Below, in pieces: positions 1-10,328 of a DNA stretch of 64,000 nt. The DNA lies in IMG/VR virus record IMGVR_UViG_3300033121_001869, positions 45,076-109,075 of that record. The stretch is one strand, 5' to 3'. This stretch comes from a virus. Its lineage: Duplodnaviria; Heunggongvirae; Uroviricota; Caudoviricetes. A program made the translations under genes and the position numbers. Position 1 is the first letter of the stretch. Each line of letters starts with the position of its first letter. Below the pieces are notes generated by a model, which was not told the origin of the DNA, did no database searches, and saw nothing but the letters and a program-made list of their open reading frames with translations.

Positions 1-72
1 TAAATTACCATCATCGTAGATATACTCAATTAGTATATTTTTATCAATTCTAACATATTTAGATATCTTCAT
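1..72 (-). CDS. 5' end of a gene running off the left edge (MKISKYVRIDKNILIEYIYDDGNL...)
   Basis: ATG at 72-70, open to position 1, TATATATA just upstream; not in ORF track. Confidence 0.45.
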   Translation of the reverse strand, partial: MKISKYVRIDKNILIEYIYDDGNL

Positions 73-98
73 CTATTTATATATAAAAAAATCTCTCG

Positions 99-497
99 TT
101 ATGAGAGATTTAATTTTTTTAAATAAGATTGAATTTCATTTTTTATTTCTTCATCAGATAAATTAAAATAAGATTTTTTTATTTCATTATATAATGTGAT
201 TTCATCTTCTTTTAGTTTATCAATTTTTTGATTTAATGAATCAATTGATGTATCTACTTTATTTATATCATCTTCAATTTGAACCATTATAGTATGAAGT
301 TCATTTTTTGATGTTTCAGGGTTGGTTATTTTATTATCATTTATTTTCTTCAAAAGCCCCTCCAAATCTTTCATCCTAGCCTCCAAAGAAGAGCTTAATT
401 GTGTTGCGATATTCTCATATGATCGAATATCTGTCATTATCTTAATGTAATCTCGTCTTATTGATGCCGCTCTCTTAAGATATAGTTCCTGTATCAT
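99..497 (-). CDS. hypothetical coiled-coil protein
   Basis: 132-aa ORF with heptad-like charged/Leu pattern. Confidence 0.6.
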   Translation of the reverse strand: MIQELYLKRAASIRRDYIKIMTDIRSYENIATQLSSSLEARMKDLEGLLKKINDNKITNPETSKNELHTIMVQIEDDINKVDTSIDSLNQKIDKLKEDEITLYNEIKKSYFNLSDEEIKNEIQSYLKKLNLS

Positions 498-1386
498 TGA
501 TGCTCTTTTTTTTATATTTTCTCTTAACTGGAGAATTTTCTTTAGGCTGTTCCTTAGACTCTTCTTTAACTTCTAATTTATTTTCGGGTAAATTTTCAAC
601 TGGTAATGTCTCACCATAAACCATTTTTTTGATTTCCTTAATTATTTTATTACGAATAGAATGTGGATTTTTAACAATATTGGCAGTAAATTCATCAGCT
701 AGATATTCAATGATTGATAATTCATAAGAATCCTCCATCATTTCAATAAAATCAGTTCTTGGGATTTTACCATCAACACTTATCTCAATTGAGAAATCTA
801 TATTTCTTTTAGCATTCTTAAAAATACTAATAATTGGATCTTCTACGGCTTGATAATTAGATTTAGGAGTATTTTGAACAATATTTTCAGAAACTATTGT
901 TTCAACAATAGGTTGCACAACAGGTTGCATAACAGGAAGAGTATCATCTCCAAGTAGTTTATTAAAAGCTTCGTTTTGTCGACTTATAGATTCGGAATTT
1001 GCAACTGTTGCTCCATATTTTCTCTTTAGTTCTTCAACTTCATCTTCTGGGTCCGAATATATCACAGCACTTTCATTACTAACAGGTAATCCATTAACAG
1101 TAGTAGGATATTGAATATCTAAAGCTGTATCATTTCGAGATTCTTCAGAATCCGGAATTTTACTAAGATCAATATTTTTAATTTTTTCAGCAAACATATT
1201 ATAAGTGTTTGGACTATTAAAAAAAGATTTTGGATCAATATATTCAGTATAGTACCTAGTATCTGTCAACCTTTTAGCATCAATTTTTTCCTTTCCTTCT
1301 GTTATGGCTATATTCTGATAAGAATCAACAATTCTTACAATTTCACCAGTTTGGTTGTTTTTAAATGATTTATTTATCAAATCCAT
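475..1386 (-). CDS. hypothetical protein
   Basis: 303-aa ORF, codirectional with neighbours. Confidence 0.7.
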   Translation of the reverse strand: MDLINKSFKNNQTGEIVRIVDSYQNIAITEGKEKIDAKRLTDTRYYTEYIDPKSFFNSPNTYNMFAEKIKNIDLSKIPDSEESRNDTALDIQYPTTVNGLPVSNESAVIYSDPEDEVEELKRKYGATVANSESISRQNEAFNKLLGDDTLPVMQPVVQPIVETIVSENIVQNTPKSNYQAVEDPIISIFKNAKRNIDFSIEISVDGKIPRTDFIEMMEDSYELSIIEYLADEFTANIVKNPHSIRNKIIKEIKKMVYGETLPVENLPENKLEVKEESKEQPKENSPVKRKYKKKSINDTGTIS

Positions 1387-1439
1387 GATTAATATTTACT
1401 TTTTAATTATATTTATTGAATATACATAAGTTTATATAA

Positions 1440-1471
1440 AATTAAACCCCTCTAAAGTGAGGGGTTTAATT
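1440..1471. terminator. intrinsic terminator after ssb
   Basis: aattaaacccctc-taaagt-gaggggtttaatt hairpin. Confidence 0.8.
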
Positions 1472-1485
1472 TTTAAAATGTGAGA

Positions 1486-2445
1486 TTAGTCAAAGTCTGA
1501 AAAGAAATCATCATCACTAGTTTCTGCTTTTGATGTTGAGAAGTTATCCTCAAATTCAAAGTCCTCACTTGTTGGTTTTGATTCTTGTCTAGAAGATTGG
1601 TATCCACTAGATGACTTACCAGTTAAATAATTTGAAATTTCAGTTATTTTAGCCTGTTGTTCTTCGGTTAATTTTTTAGCTGAAAATTCTTCCAAATCAT
1701 GGTCTCTGTCAAGTAAAAAATCTTTAATTTTTGATTGTACTTCAACAGTTACTTTACCATCAGATCCAACTGGAACATTTTTAAAAATTTGTTTTTCCTT
1801 AAAGTATAAAGGAAGTGATGTCAATTCTGGTTTGAACATTGACATTTTGTAGTCAGGATAAATCTCATCACCTGTTTGGATTTCCTTAACCACAAGGACG
1901 AAATCTTTACCACTAGAAAGATCGAATACATTACATCCGGTGCCAGTAATTTCTCCGTTCTTTTCAGCTAAGATTTTATCCTTAATTGTTTTACCATATT
2001 GGAAAATCATTATTTTTCCAACTAATTCAGGTTGTTGCTCATCTTCTAAAATAAGAACATATGAATAATACTTTTTAGAATATTTCAACATTTTTGCTCT
2101 TTCTTGAAGAATTGCATTTTTAGAATTTGTCATTTGATAGTATAAATCTGTTAATGCACATTTATCACCAAAATTCTTTGGACTATCAAAGAAACCAGAC
2201 AATTCCTTAGGTGTTTTAATATCAACATAGTGAGTAATTTTCTCAATTGCTGATTGACCCACTTTGCCTTCTTTAGTTAAATTTGGTAAAAATCTAACTA
2301 CACTTCTGTAGCCTTTCTTTTTGTCTTTACATTTAGAAAGATCAATTCTATAAATCCCATCTAAATTTTTGTTTGTTGTTTGTTCATTTAGGAAGTCCAT
2401 TTTATTGTCAAGACCGCCAAATAATTCGTCATTTAATTCTGCCAT
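1486..2445 (-). CDS. gp32: T4 gp32-like single-stranded DNA-binding protein
   Basis: VVRFLP motif, gp32-like size, acidic C-terminal tail DDDFFSDFD. Confidence 0.85.
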   Translation of the reverse strand: MAELNDELFGGLDNKMDFLNEQTTNKNLDGIYRIDLSKCKDKKKGYRSVVRFLPNLTKEGKVGQSAIEKITHYVDIKTPKELSGFFDSPKNFGDKCALTDLYYQMTNSKNAILQERAKMLKYSKKYYSYVLILEDEQQPELVGKIMIFQYGKTIKDKILAEKNGEITGTGCNVFDLSSGKDFVLVVKEIQTGDEIYPDYKMSMFKPELTSLPLYFKEKQIFKNVPVGSDGKVTVEVQSKIKDFLLDRDHDLEEFSAKKLTEEQQAKITEISNYLTGKSSSGYQSSRQESKPTSEDFEFEDNFSTSKAETSDDDFFSDFD

Positions 2446-2525
2446 GATTGCCGTTTATTTTTTTTAATATCAAAGTATATTTGAAATACTCCGATTAAAA
2501 ATTATATAAAATATATAATAAAAGT

Positions 2526-2933
2526 TTATCTAAAATTCAAATTTTTTCTATCAAAAATAATTATATCCATCTCTACAATTTCCTCGTATTCATACTCGGA
2601 AATAAAGTCTTCTACTGACAAAAATTCCATTGACCGATTATCCGGATCTATATGAATATCACAATTTATCGTAGATGATATTTTTTTCATCCTCATTATA
2701 TAATCCAATAATTTAGATATATCAATAAAATAATCATCTCCATGATTAATAGTTATTGAGATTGCATTATGAACAGAACTATTATTATGATAATCATGAT
2801 ATTTACATTCATAATTAGTATCGATTTCATAATTAGTATTATCAGATATATCCTGCACTATATCTTTAAAATCATCAACATAATCATATATGCTTATGTT
2901 TTCATTAGATTCAAATCTTTTTAGATACTTCAT
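2526..2933 (-). CDS. hypothetical protein with N-terminal capsid-targeting-like tag
   Basis: starts MKYLKRFESNE. Confidence 0.7.
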   Translation of the reverse strand: MKYLKRFESNENISIYDYVDDFKDIVQDISDNTNYEIDTNYECKYHDYHNNSSVHNAISITINHGDDYFIDISKLLDYIMRMKKISSTINCDIHIDPDNRSMEFLSVEDFISEYEYEEIVEMDIIIFDRKNLNFR

Positions 2934-3682
2934 TTAATGGAATTAATTCTTTCATATTGATATTTTCTAATATCAACATTAATATTATCTTTTAATGATG
3001 AGAATATCTTTATAAACATATCCATCATTAATCTACAATCTGTTAATGCATCATGATAACCCGACATATTAATACCTAAAGCTGGTCCAACTTTTGATAA
3101 TGATGATGATATCAATCCATTATCTCTATCAGATGTTCCAATTGATTGGACCATGTTTAAATAAAAATTATCTGTCTCAGATAATTTTAAAATAAGTGGT
3201 AAATAAAATAATTGTAATATCTGCTTAGTATCTATAATTTCATTTTTAAATTTTATATTAGGATTTCTAGTATTTAGAAAACTCATATCAAATTCGGCAT
3301 TCTGTATAATGAAAATTGAATTTGGATATTGATTAATGAAATCATAAAAATCCGAAATTGTATTTTGTTCATCATAATATTTAGTCTTTTGTCCATAATG
3401 ATTAAATGATAAAACTCTTTTGATATTATGAGTTTTCATTGATTGTAGAGTTGTATCTGTTAATTTTATCTTCTTATTAAATTGATCAACTTCTACAAAT
3501 CCATTATTCCATTTTGTAACTATACAAGATATTTGAGTTAATTGAACATCATATCCAGAATTTCTGAGACCTGTTGTCTCAGTATCAATCCATATCCAAT
3601 TTTTATCGAGCTTAGAATTAATATAGGAAATAAACTCCGAAATGGATTTCCCCCAAAATTTATGTTCAAATAAATGCATCAT
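2930..3682 (-). CDS. DEDDh (DnaQ-like) 3'-5' exonuclease
   Basis: IDTETTG, QNAEFD, IDT and YHDALTD motifs. Confidence 0.85.
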   Translation of the reverse strand: MMHLFEHKFWGKSISEFISYINSKLDKNWIWIDTETTGLRNSGYDVQLTQISCIVTKWNNGFVEVDQFNKKIKLTDTTLQSMKTHNIKRVLSFNHYGQKTKYYDEQNTISDFYDFINQYPNSIFIIQNAEFDMSFLNTRNPNIKFKNEIIDTKQILQLFYLPLILKLSETDNFYLNMVQSIGTSDRDNGLISSSLSKVGPALGINMSGYHDALTDCRLMMDMFIKIFSSLKDNINVDIRKYQYERINSIK

Positions 3683-3688
3683 TTTTAT

Positions 3689-4105
3689 TTAAAATTTTTT
3701 TCTAAAAGTGACCTCAAAATAATCAGCTTCATCAGATGATCTAGCAAATAAAAACATACCTCCAATATGTGGTAAATAAACCTCCTCACTATATGAAGGT
3801 GTAAATCCATCACCATCACTACAAGTCCGAATATCGCATCGATATCCAGACATATAAATCATTGCTCTTTTAATTGAGTCAACTCCTACTTTCCCAATTG
3901 ATACACCATGATCATAATTATCAAAAGCATCCCAATCAACAACAGGCATAATAATAACTCTATATCCATAATCCATTTTATCAGCTCTTATTTTCCAAGA
4001 GCTATTTTTTGAATAATCACCAATATCTTGAAAGATATTTTCTAATGTGATTTGAATATCATCTTTATCAAATTCAACGGATTCAAATTTCTTTAAATAT
4101 TTCAC
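3689..4105 (-). CDS. hypothetical protein, N-terminal tag
   Basis: GTG start, MKYLKKFESVE, TAATATATA 4 nt upstream. Confidence 0.7.
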   Translation of the reverse strand: MKYLKKFESVEFDKDDIQITLENIFQDIGDYSKNSSWKIRADKMDYGYRVIIMPVVDWDAFDNYDHGVSIGKVGVDSIKRAMIYMSGYRCDIRTCSDGDGFTPSYSEEVYLPHIGGMFLFARSSDEADYFEVTFRKKF

Positions 4106-4115
4106 AGATTATATA

Positions 4116-4685
4116 TTAATATAAATCAAAATTTAATTTCACACCATTTGGCTTAGAATATTCAATTTGATTTACCTTAAGATTATTGATTTTAAAATCT
4201 TTATTAACATATTTATCTGATGTTCCTAGATTAACAAAAGAAATTGTTATATGTGGTGTATAGTCAGGAAATTCATTTGAGTTAGGCAATTTTGAAAGTT
4301 CATCATGAAAGGATTGAAGAATATCGTTGTTTTTAACGCCCAATTTAACAACCTCAAATTCCTTATTCTTGAAATTAGTTATTCCTTCAATTTCAATATC
4401 GAAATTTTGATACTTATATTTATTTATAATACTAACCACATCAGAATCAGAAACATCTTGGTGTAGTCCATATAGTATTGTTAAGTGTGGATCATTTTCA
4501 ATCCCGTAACTAGGTGATGGCTCATAAATATCTTTTGTGTCTATTTTGGAAATAATTTGATTCCAATTTGGAATGTCTAATTCCAATAAAACACATCCAA
4601 ATTTATAATCCTCTGATTTTCTTCCCTCTTTTAAAAAGCTTTCATATTTCTTTAACATATAAATTATATAGTTTTTGAATTTCAT
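4116..4685 (-). CDS. 2H phosphoesterase, T4 gp57B/Acb1-like; probable start 4658 (MLKKYESFLKE)
   Basis: two HxT motifs PHLTILYG and FPDYTPHITISF. Confidence 0.8.
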   Translation of the reverse strand: MKFKNYIIYMLKKYESFLKEGRKSEDYKFGCVLLELDIPNWNQIISKIDTKDIYEPSPSYGIENDPHLTILYGLHQDVSDSDVVSIINKYKYQNFDIEIEGITNFKNKEFEVVKLGVKNNDILQSFHDELSKLPNSNEFPDYTPHITISFVNLGTSDKYVNKDFKINNLKVNQIEYSKPNGVKLNFDLY

Positions 4686-4721
4686 AGTTTAAACTATAAT
4701 TATAAAAAAAATATAAATTGT

Positions 4722-5531
4722 GTGTCAGAATTAATAAAATGGAGTGGTAGTAAGGAATCACAATCAAACCACATAATAAGCCATATTAAAAAAATAAAAT
4801 TTGAAAATTACTATGAACCATTTGTTGGTGGTGGGTCTATTTTCCTAAATTTATTAAAGACGGAAACAGATATTAAAAATTATTTTATATCCGATTTAAA
4901 TTCAGATTTAATTGGAATTTATAATTTGATAAAATTAAATCCTGATATAGTCATAGAAAGGTATAAATATCACTACTTTAATTATAACTCTAAAGACATC
5001 CAACATAGGAAAAATTATTTCAATGAAGTAAAAAAATTATACAATATTGATAAAGATCCAAGTGACTTTTATTTTATTATGAGAACAACAACAAATGGAA
5101 TGCCTCGGTATAATCAAAAAGGAGAATTTAATAATTCGTGTCATTTTTCTAGAAGTGGAATGGATCCTAAAAAAATATCAAATTTAATTATTGACTACCA
5201 CAAACTTTTTGAAAATATCAATTTCTATTCTTGTAGTTATGATAAAATAAATTATGCAAACAATAGCTTAATTTATCTAGATCCACCATATGAAAATACA
5301 AAAGGAATGTATTTTAATAATTTTAATAATTCTGATTTTCTAAATTGGCTAAACAACCTAAATCAAAAATGGATTCTATCATATGATGGAAATGGAAATG
5401 TAATTAATAATGATGTGTTGAAATATGACAGACATGTTTATTTAAATTCTGGAAATTCATCTTTTAAAAGAATATTGGGAAATTCTAAAGATTCTATTGT
5501 GAAAGAATCCATTTATTTAAAATTAAATTAA
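4722..5531 (+). CDS. dam: DNA adenine methyltransferase (Dam/D12 class)
   Basis: IKWSGSK, EPFVGGGS and YLDPPY motifs. Confidence 0.9.
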   Translation: MSELIKWSGSKESQSNHIISHIKKIKFENYYEPFVGGGSIFLNLLKTETDIKNYFISDLNSDLIGIYNLIKLNPDIVIERYKYHYFNYNSKDIQHRKNYFNEVKKLYNIDKDPSDFYFIMRTTTNGMPRYNQKGEFNNSCHFSRSGMDPKKISNLIIDYHKLFENINFYSCSYDKINYANNSLIYLDPPYENTKGMYFNNFNNSDFLNWLNNLNQKWILSYDGNGNVINNDVLKYDRHVYLNSGNSSFKRILGNSKDSIVKESIYLKLN

Positions 5532-6259
5532 TAGTAATCAAGTCCTGGATTTAATCCGAATTCGACAGTATTGATTATTCTTTCTCCTCTACCACTTGCG
5601 CCAGTATATGACTGTTTATAATCTCTATAAATTTTATATTTAGAAACCTCATTACCACTAAAGGTGCTATATGACCAAGTTATTTCTGTATTCAATTCAA
5701 CTCCAAATACTTTTAAGGTTTGAAAGTCCTTTATTAATTGGTCTTTATATTTATCTAACTCTTCTTTATTTTTGAATTCAAAATTTAATCTATGACTACT
5801 ACCAAAAGATGTATAAATATCAACTGAATTAGGTAGATTCAAAATTTTTCTCAATTTAGAATAATCAAACTTAATTCCATGTTTTGTTTCTTTATAAAAA
5901 TCACCTTCTTTTGATTTGCCTGGAGTGAAATGCAAAACAAATTCATAATCCGAATTACTAACTGAAAAATCACAATCTATATCATAATCAATATCATATA
6001 TTTTGTCAATTCTTTCAACAGATTCTTTTATCTCCTTTAAAAGACTCATTTCTTCCTCTTTGTGTGAGAGGAAAGACTCAAAATCTGAAGAATATGATAT
6101 ATTAATCTTTGACCATATAATAACTTCCTCACCACCATCATGAATCTCTATAAATACCCTCTCATCATCTATTAAATGACTAAATGAATCCTTAATAGCA
6201 TTGACAAAATCCTCTTGTCCAAAATTCTCAAATAATTTAATTCTCATATTACTTTTCAC
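5528..6259 (-). CDS. hypothetical protein, N-terminal tag (probable start 6247, MRIKLFENF)
   Basis: 243-aa ORF. Confidence 0.65.
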   Translation of the reverse strand: MKSNMRIKLFENFGQEDFVNAIKDSFSHLIDDERVFIEIHDGGEEVIIWSKINISYSSDFESFLSHKEEEMSLLKEIKESVERIDKIYDIDYDIDCDFSVSNSDYEFVLHFTPGKSKEGDFYKETKHGIKFDYSKLRKILNLPNSVDIYTSFGSSHRLNFEFKNKEELDKYKDQLIKDFQTLKVFGVELNTEITWSYSTFSGNEVSKYKIYRDYKQSYTGASGRGERIINTVEFGLNPGLDYY

Positions 6260-6710
6260 CGGAAAATGGAGAGATTAAGTGTTTTGTATTCCAACCAGAT
6301 ATAAATTTCTTATTATGCTTATCAAAATCTTCTCTAGTCTCGATATTAGAATCAATTACATTTTTATCAAAATGTATGTTAGCTCCTTGTTTTTTAAGAT
6401 TCGGTATTCTATCTCCTATATCTACTCCTTTTGTTTTCTTTCTTAATTGTCTTAATTGTCTTAAATTGTGATCACTTGGAAGAGATTCCTCAATTATTGC
6501 TGGTTCAGTGTGTGTATATCCACTAATATCATTTCTCTTGGATAATGTGTATAATATCTGTCTAATTGTTGCCTTAGTTAAATCACACTCCAATGCTAAC
6601 TGACCGATTTCAGTCATACCTTCATCCCAAAGTTCTTTTACAATTTCCATATCGGACATTGTAAAATCTTCATACTCATACATTTCATTAAATCTTAGTA
6701 TTCTAACCAT
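6249..6710 (-). CDS. hypothetical protein, N-terminal tag, possible HTH
   Basis: MVRILRFNE; TAATATATA at 6715-6723. Confidence 0.65.
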   Translation of the reverse strand: MVRILRFNEMYEYEDFTMSDMEIVKELWDEGMTEIGQLALECDLTKATIRQILYTLSKRNDISGYTHTEPAIIEESLPSDHNLRQLRQLRKKTKGVDIGDRIPNLKKQGANIHFDKNVIDSNIETREDFDKHNKKFISGWNTKHLISPFSGEK

Positions 6711-6760
6711 ATTTTATATATTAATTTTTATTTTTCATTAAAAATTCATAATTTTGTTGA

Positions 6761-7273
6761 ATGTACAATCGAGGCAAAACAAATACAATCAAATACATAA
6801 TAAACTCATTCGCTAATGGGGAGATCGATCGTATTAAAGATATTGTCAATAAACAAGGAGAAGATATATTTGAATTAATACCAAAACTTAATAGTGGTAA
6901 CTATAGCAGATTGGCTGTTTATCCTATCAAGAATGGACACTTTGAGGCATTTAGACTATATTTGAATAGTTCTAATCCTAAACCACTTTCTCGTTCTGAG
7001 TTATATTTAATAACTAAGCATAATTCTAGTAAAAAAAGATTCAAATCTTGGATAGAAAACTATAAAAAATATACTGATGTCCAATCTTTTATAGAATTTG
7101 AAACAATATTCCCAATGTTTTTAAATAGCATTATATCAACATATAATGAAGAACTAATTGAAGAGTTTTTAGAAATGTATCCAGAAAATTACAATTTTAT
7201 AGTTGATAAAATAAATACATCAAATAAAGGAATTCAATTAAAACGTAATTTGAAACTAAAATATCTTGTATAG
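6761..7273 (+). CDS. hypothetical protein with C-terminal tag
   Basis: ends KRNLKLKYLV; TAATTTTG at 6749-6756. Confidence 0.6.
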   Translation: MYNRGKTNTIKYIINSFANGEIDRIKDIVNKQGEDIFELIPKLNSGNYSRLAVYPIKNGHFEAFRLYLNSSNPKPLSRSELYLITKHNSSKKRFKSWIENYKKYTDVQSFIEFETIFPMFLNSIISTYNEELIEEFLEMYPENYNFIVDKINTSNKGIQLKRNLKLKYLV

Positions 7274-7317
7274 TTACAAAATGGAATAATGAATTTGAGA
7301 AGTACATAAGAATATGC

Positions 7318-7563
7318 GTGGATTTCAAGGACTTAGATAAATTAAAACTAATGACATATGATAAATATTCATCTAAAGATGTATCATATACTTTAAAATT
7401 TGATGATAATTACCATATTGGATATTTTGACATCAAGAATATATCTGGAATATCTGGATATAATAATGGAGTGATATTAGATTTAGAATTAAAAAAATTA
7501 GAAATAGAAAAAGCCCCAATAGATTGGATTAGGAATTTTCATATCAATGAATTATTGAATTGA
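7318..7563 (+). CDS. small hypothetical protein with C-terminal tag
   Basis: ends IRNFHINELLN. Confidence 0.55.
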   Translation: MDFKDLDKLKLMTYDKYSSKDVSYTLKFDDNYHIGYFDIKNISGISGYNNGVILDLELKKLEIEKAPIDWIRNFHINELLN

Positions 7564-7735
7564 TTTTCCTATCCCGTTTATAGGTAATCCAGAAATTCTC
7601 ATGACAAGAAAATTGAGTACCATCATCCAAGTAAAGAAAGTAAGTATCACCAACTTTATTTTCAACAACTATATTTAAAGAATCAATATAATTGATATCG
7701 ACTTCCAAATCAATTGATCCAATATGAATAACCAT
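7544..7735 (-). CDS. small hypothetical protein with C-terminal tag
   Basis: ends KRDRKINSIIH. Confidence 0.55.
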   Translation of the reverse strand: MVIHIGSIDLEVDINYIDSLNIVVENKVGDTYFLYLDDGTQFSCHENFWITYKRDRKINSIIH

Positions 7736-8164
7736 ATAAAAAATTTAAAAGAAAAATTATATGATGTATATACCTACTATTTTGATTTGTTGTTATTTTT
7801 ATTTATAAATACAATCAATAGAAACAAAATAACAAGAAAAATTGATAAAATTATAATTCTAGAGAATTGGGTCATTTATTATGATGTTTTAGTTATTAAA
7901 AATTTAAACATAAATAGTGTAATATTAAATACCTCAAAGAATTGGTATACAATATTTACTCACAGTCCAAAAAATATTGAAGAGGCTAAAAAATATTTTC
8001 CTAGTATCTTAAAAAATTTAATACACATTGATGGATTTAGTAAAAATAATATTCCATTTAACAATGATGATTATTTTTTTAAAAAAATTAAACTTCAACC
8101 GCTACCCGAATATATAAGTGAGCAACGAAATCTACAATTAAATAAACTAATTAATGAAAAGTGA
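7724..8164 (+). CDS. hypothetical protein with C-terminal tag
   Basis: ends QRNLQLNKLINEK. Confidence 0.55.
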   Translation: MNNHIKNLKEKLYDVYTYYFDLLLFLFINTINRNKITRKIDKIIILENWVIYYDVLVIKNLNINSVILNTSKNWYTIFTHSPKNIEEAKKYFPSILKNLIHIDGFSKNNIPFNNDDYFFKKIKLQPLPEYISEQRNLQLNKLINEK

Positions 8165-8468
8165 AATTAAAATAGAATTTTCCAATAAAGAAATTCTAAA
8201 CCAACTAATCCAAAAATCCTATTTTGAAAATGGTCAACTCGGTAGACTATCAGGATCCAAAACCTATATTGAAATAACTCCCGAAATAGATGATATAGTA
8301 CATACTATTGTTAAGGGATTGAATAATGCAACAATTAAAATAACTAATTCCGATATTATTGATGGATCATTTAGATTCATAGTGGAAGAAAAAAACGAAA
8401 AAATAAAATTAATTCCAATATCTATTTTTTGCATTGAAGATGAAAATAACAAGTACTCATTCTATTGA
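8154..8468 (+). CDS. hypothetical protein
   Basis: 104-aa ORF overlapping neighbours. Confidence 0.6.
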   Translation: MKSEIKIEFSNKEILNQLIQKSYFENGQLGRLSGSKTYIEITPEIDDIVHTIVKGLNNATIKITNSDIIDGSFRFIVEEKNEKIKLIPISIFCIEDENNKYSFY

Positions 8469-8613
8469 TAAAGACATAGACATAATATCATATGATATTG
8501 TCTTGAAGCCTTCTATGTCATTAATGTATATAGATACAATAATATCTATAACTCGAACAAATAGCAGACTAAATAAAATTGAAAAAATACTCAAAAAGAT
8601 AAATGAAATTTGA
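8440..8613 (+). CDS. 57-aa protein with C-terminal tag (not in ORF track)
   Basis: MKITSTHSIDKD...SRLNKIEKILKKINEI; fills the gap before guaC. Confidence 0.55.
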   Translation: MKITSTHSIDKDIDIISYDIVLKPSMSLMYIDTIISITRTNSRLNKIEKILKKINEI

Positions 8614-9541
8614 TTTTGAAGAGATAAATCTCATACCCAAACTTTGTGTCGTCGACTCAAGAAATGAATGTGATACTTCGATAGTTTTTGGTAAACATAA
8701 ATTTAAACTACCAATTGTTCCATCTAATATGGAATCAGTAATTAATGAATCACTAGCTATAAAATTGGCACAAAACGGGTATTTTTATATAATGCATCGA
8801 TTTGATATAGATGTAATTAAATTTATTTCAAATATGAAAAAGCTAAATTTAATTACATCTATATCTATTGGTGTTAATCAGGATTCTTATAATCTAATTG
8901 ATGAATTAATTGGGAAAAATCTTATTCCAGATTTTATAACTATTGATATAGCTCATGGACATGCACTCAAAATGCAAAAAATATTGGAATTTATCAAATT
9001 AAAAAATATACAATCATTTATAATTGCAGGAAATGTTTCAACTAAGGAAGCTGTCAAAGATCTAACTGAATGGGGAGCTGATGCAATCAAAGTTGGTATA
9101 GGACCCGGAAGCGCATGCACAACTTGGCCATCGACAGGATTCGGATCTAGGAATTGTCAAGCATCAACAATATTAGAATGCTCATCAGTATCAGATATTC
9201 CTATCATAGCAGATGGTGGAATCAAAACACCAGCAGATATAACAAAAAGTATTGTACTTGGAGCATCAATGATCATGGTTGGTGGTATGTTAGCAGGGTT
9301 TAATGATTCTCCAGGTCATCTAATAGATATAAATGGAGTCTATAAAAAAGAATTTTGGGGATCCGCATCCGAATTTCAATCTGGTAAAAAAAATAGAATT
9401 GAAGGTAAAAAGATATTAATTGATTTCAAAGATAAATCAATTTTAGATGAATTAAAATACCTTGAAGAATGCTTACAAAGTTCAATATCATATGCCGGAG
9501 GTAAGGGTATTAATTGTTTAAGTGGTGTTAAGTGGATTTAG
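8603..9541 (+). CDS. guaC: GMP reductase
   Basis: TIDIAHGH, KVGIGPGSACTT, IIADGGI; short IMPDH/GMPR-family length without CBS domains. Confidence 0.9.
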   Translation: MKFDFEEINLIPKLCVVDSRNECDTSIVFGKHKFKLPIVPSNMESVINESLAIKLAQNGYFYIMHRFDIDVIKFISNMKKLNLITSISIGVNQDSYNLIDELIGKNLIPDFITIDIAHGHALKMQKILEFIKLKNIQSFIIAGNVSTKEAVKDLTEWGADAIKVGIGPGSACTTWPSTGFGSRNCQASTILECSSVSDIPIIADGGIKTPADITKSIVLGASMIMVGGMLAGFNDSPGHLIDINGVYKKEFWGSASEFQSGKKNRIEGKKILIDFKDKSILDELKYLEECLQSSISYAGGKGINCLSGVKWI

Positions 9542-9736
9542 GTTTATATTTCTTAAATTCTTCGGGGATATCCATAAGACTTTTCTTAGACATCAACCAT
9601 TGTAGGATGTTACCAACAGGAACACTTTTCCCATCATTTTGACTATTAACTCTATAATCAAATCCATACTAATATCATCTAAATTAAATTCTAATTTAGA
9701 ATCACTGTCTGTATGTTCTAAAAATTTCTTTATCAT
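9528..9736 (-). CDS. probable 69-aa protein broken by a 1-nt deletion (MIKKFLEHTDS...EEFKKYKPKST)
   Basis: adding one T to the T3 run at 9660-9662 joins two frames into a 210-nt ORF filling the gap. Confidence 0.5.
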
Positions 9737-9746
9737 AAATTATATA

Positions 9747-10307
9747 TTAAACCTTTTCGTCAAAAAAAACTTCACAGTGATCTTTAGAATAATATCCCGT
9801 TATTCCCCTAGATTTATTAATATCAGAAATAGCAAACATATCTTCACCATATCTATGTTTAAGACTCATTTTTGAAAAAGCTTTCTTCCAAGTATTGATA
9901 TCTGTCTTGACCCAAGATCCATGAGAATCAATTATTTCGTTCAAATCAACATAATCTCCTAAGTGGTGCCAAATATTACCATCTGATTTTCTAAATTCTT
10001 TTCTAATAGCTGAAATGCTCTTCTTTCTTCTTTTTTCCCACTTTTCAAATCCTTCTTCATTGTCATATTCATCCTTCCATTTAGGAACAACTCCTGGTTG
10101 AAAGGAGTCAATAGATCCAATTAGAAAAAGTTCTTGTGCTACTTTTGGCATGGCATAAAATCCTCTTGGTGCTGGGGGAGCATGAAATGTTTTTGGATCT
10201 TTAGAATATCCATCTTGGTTTTTTAAATCCAAACCACCAAATCGAACAAAGATATTTAAATCCTTTCCTTTTGGATTTTTATTTTTAAATCCATGTAAAT
10301 GTTTCAT
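9747..10307 (-). CDS. hypothetical protein
   Basis: 186-aa ORF, weak N-terminal tag MKHLHGF. Confidence 0.7.
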   Translation of the reverse strand: MKHLHGFKNKNPKGKDLNIFVRFGGLDLKNQDGYSKDPKTFHAPPAPRGFYAMPKVAQELFLIGSIDSFQPGVVPKWKDEYDNEEGFEKWEKRRKKSISAIRKEFRKSDGNIWHHLGDYVDLNEIIDSHGSWVKTDINTWKKAFSKMSLKHRYGEDMFAISDINKSRGITGYYSKDHCEVFFDEKV

Positions 10308-10328
10308 TATGTAAAATTAATAATTTAA

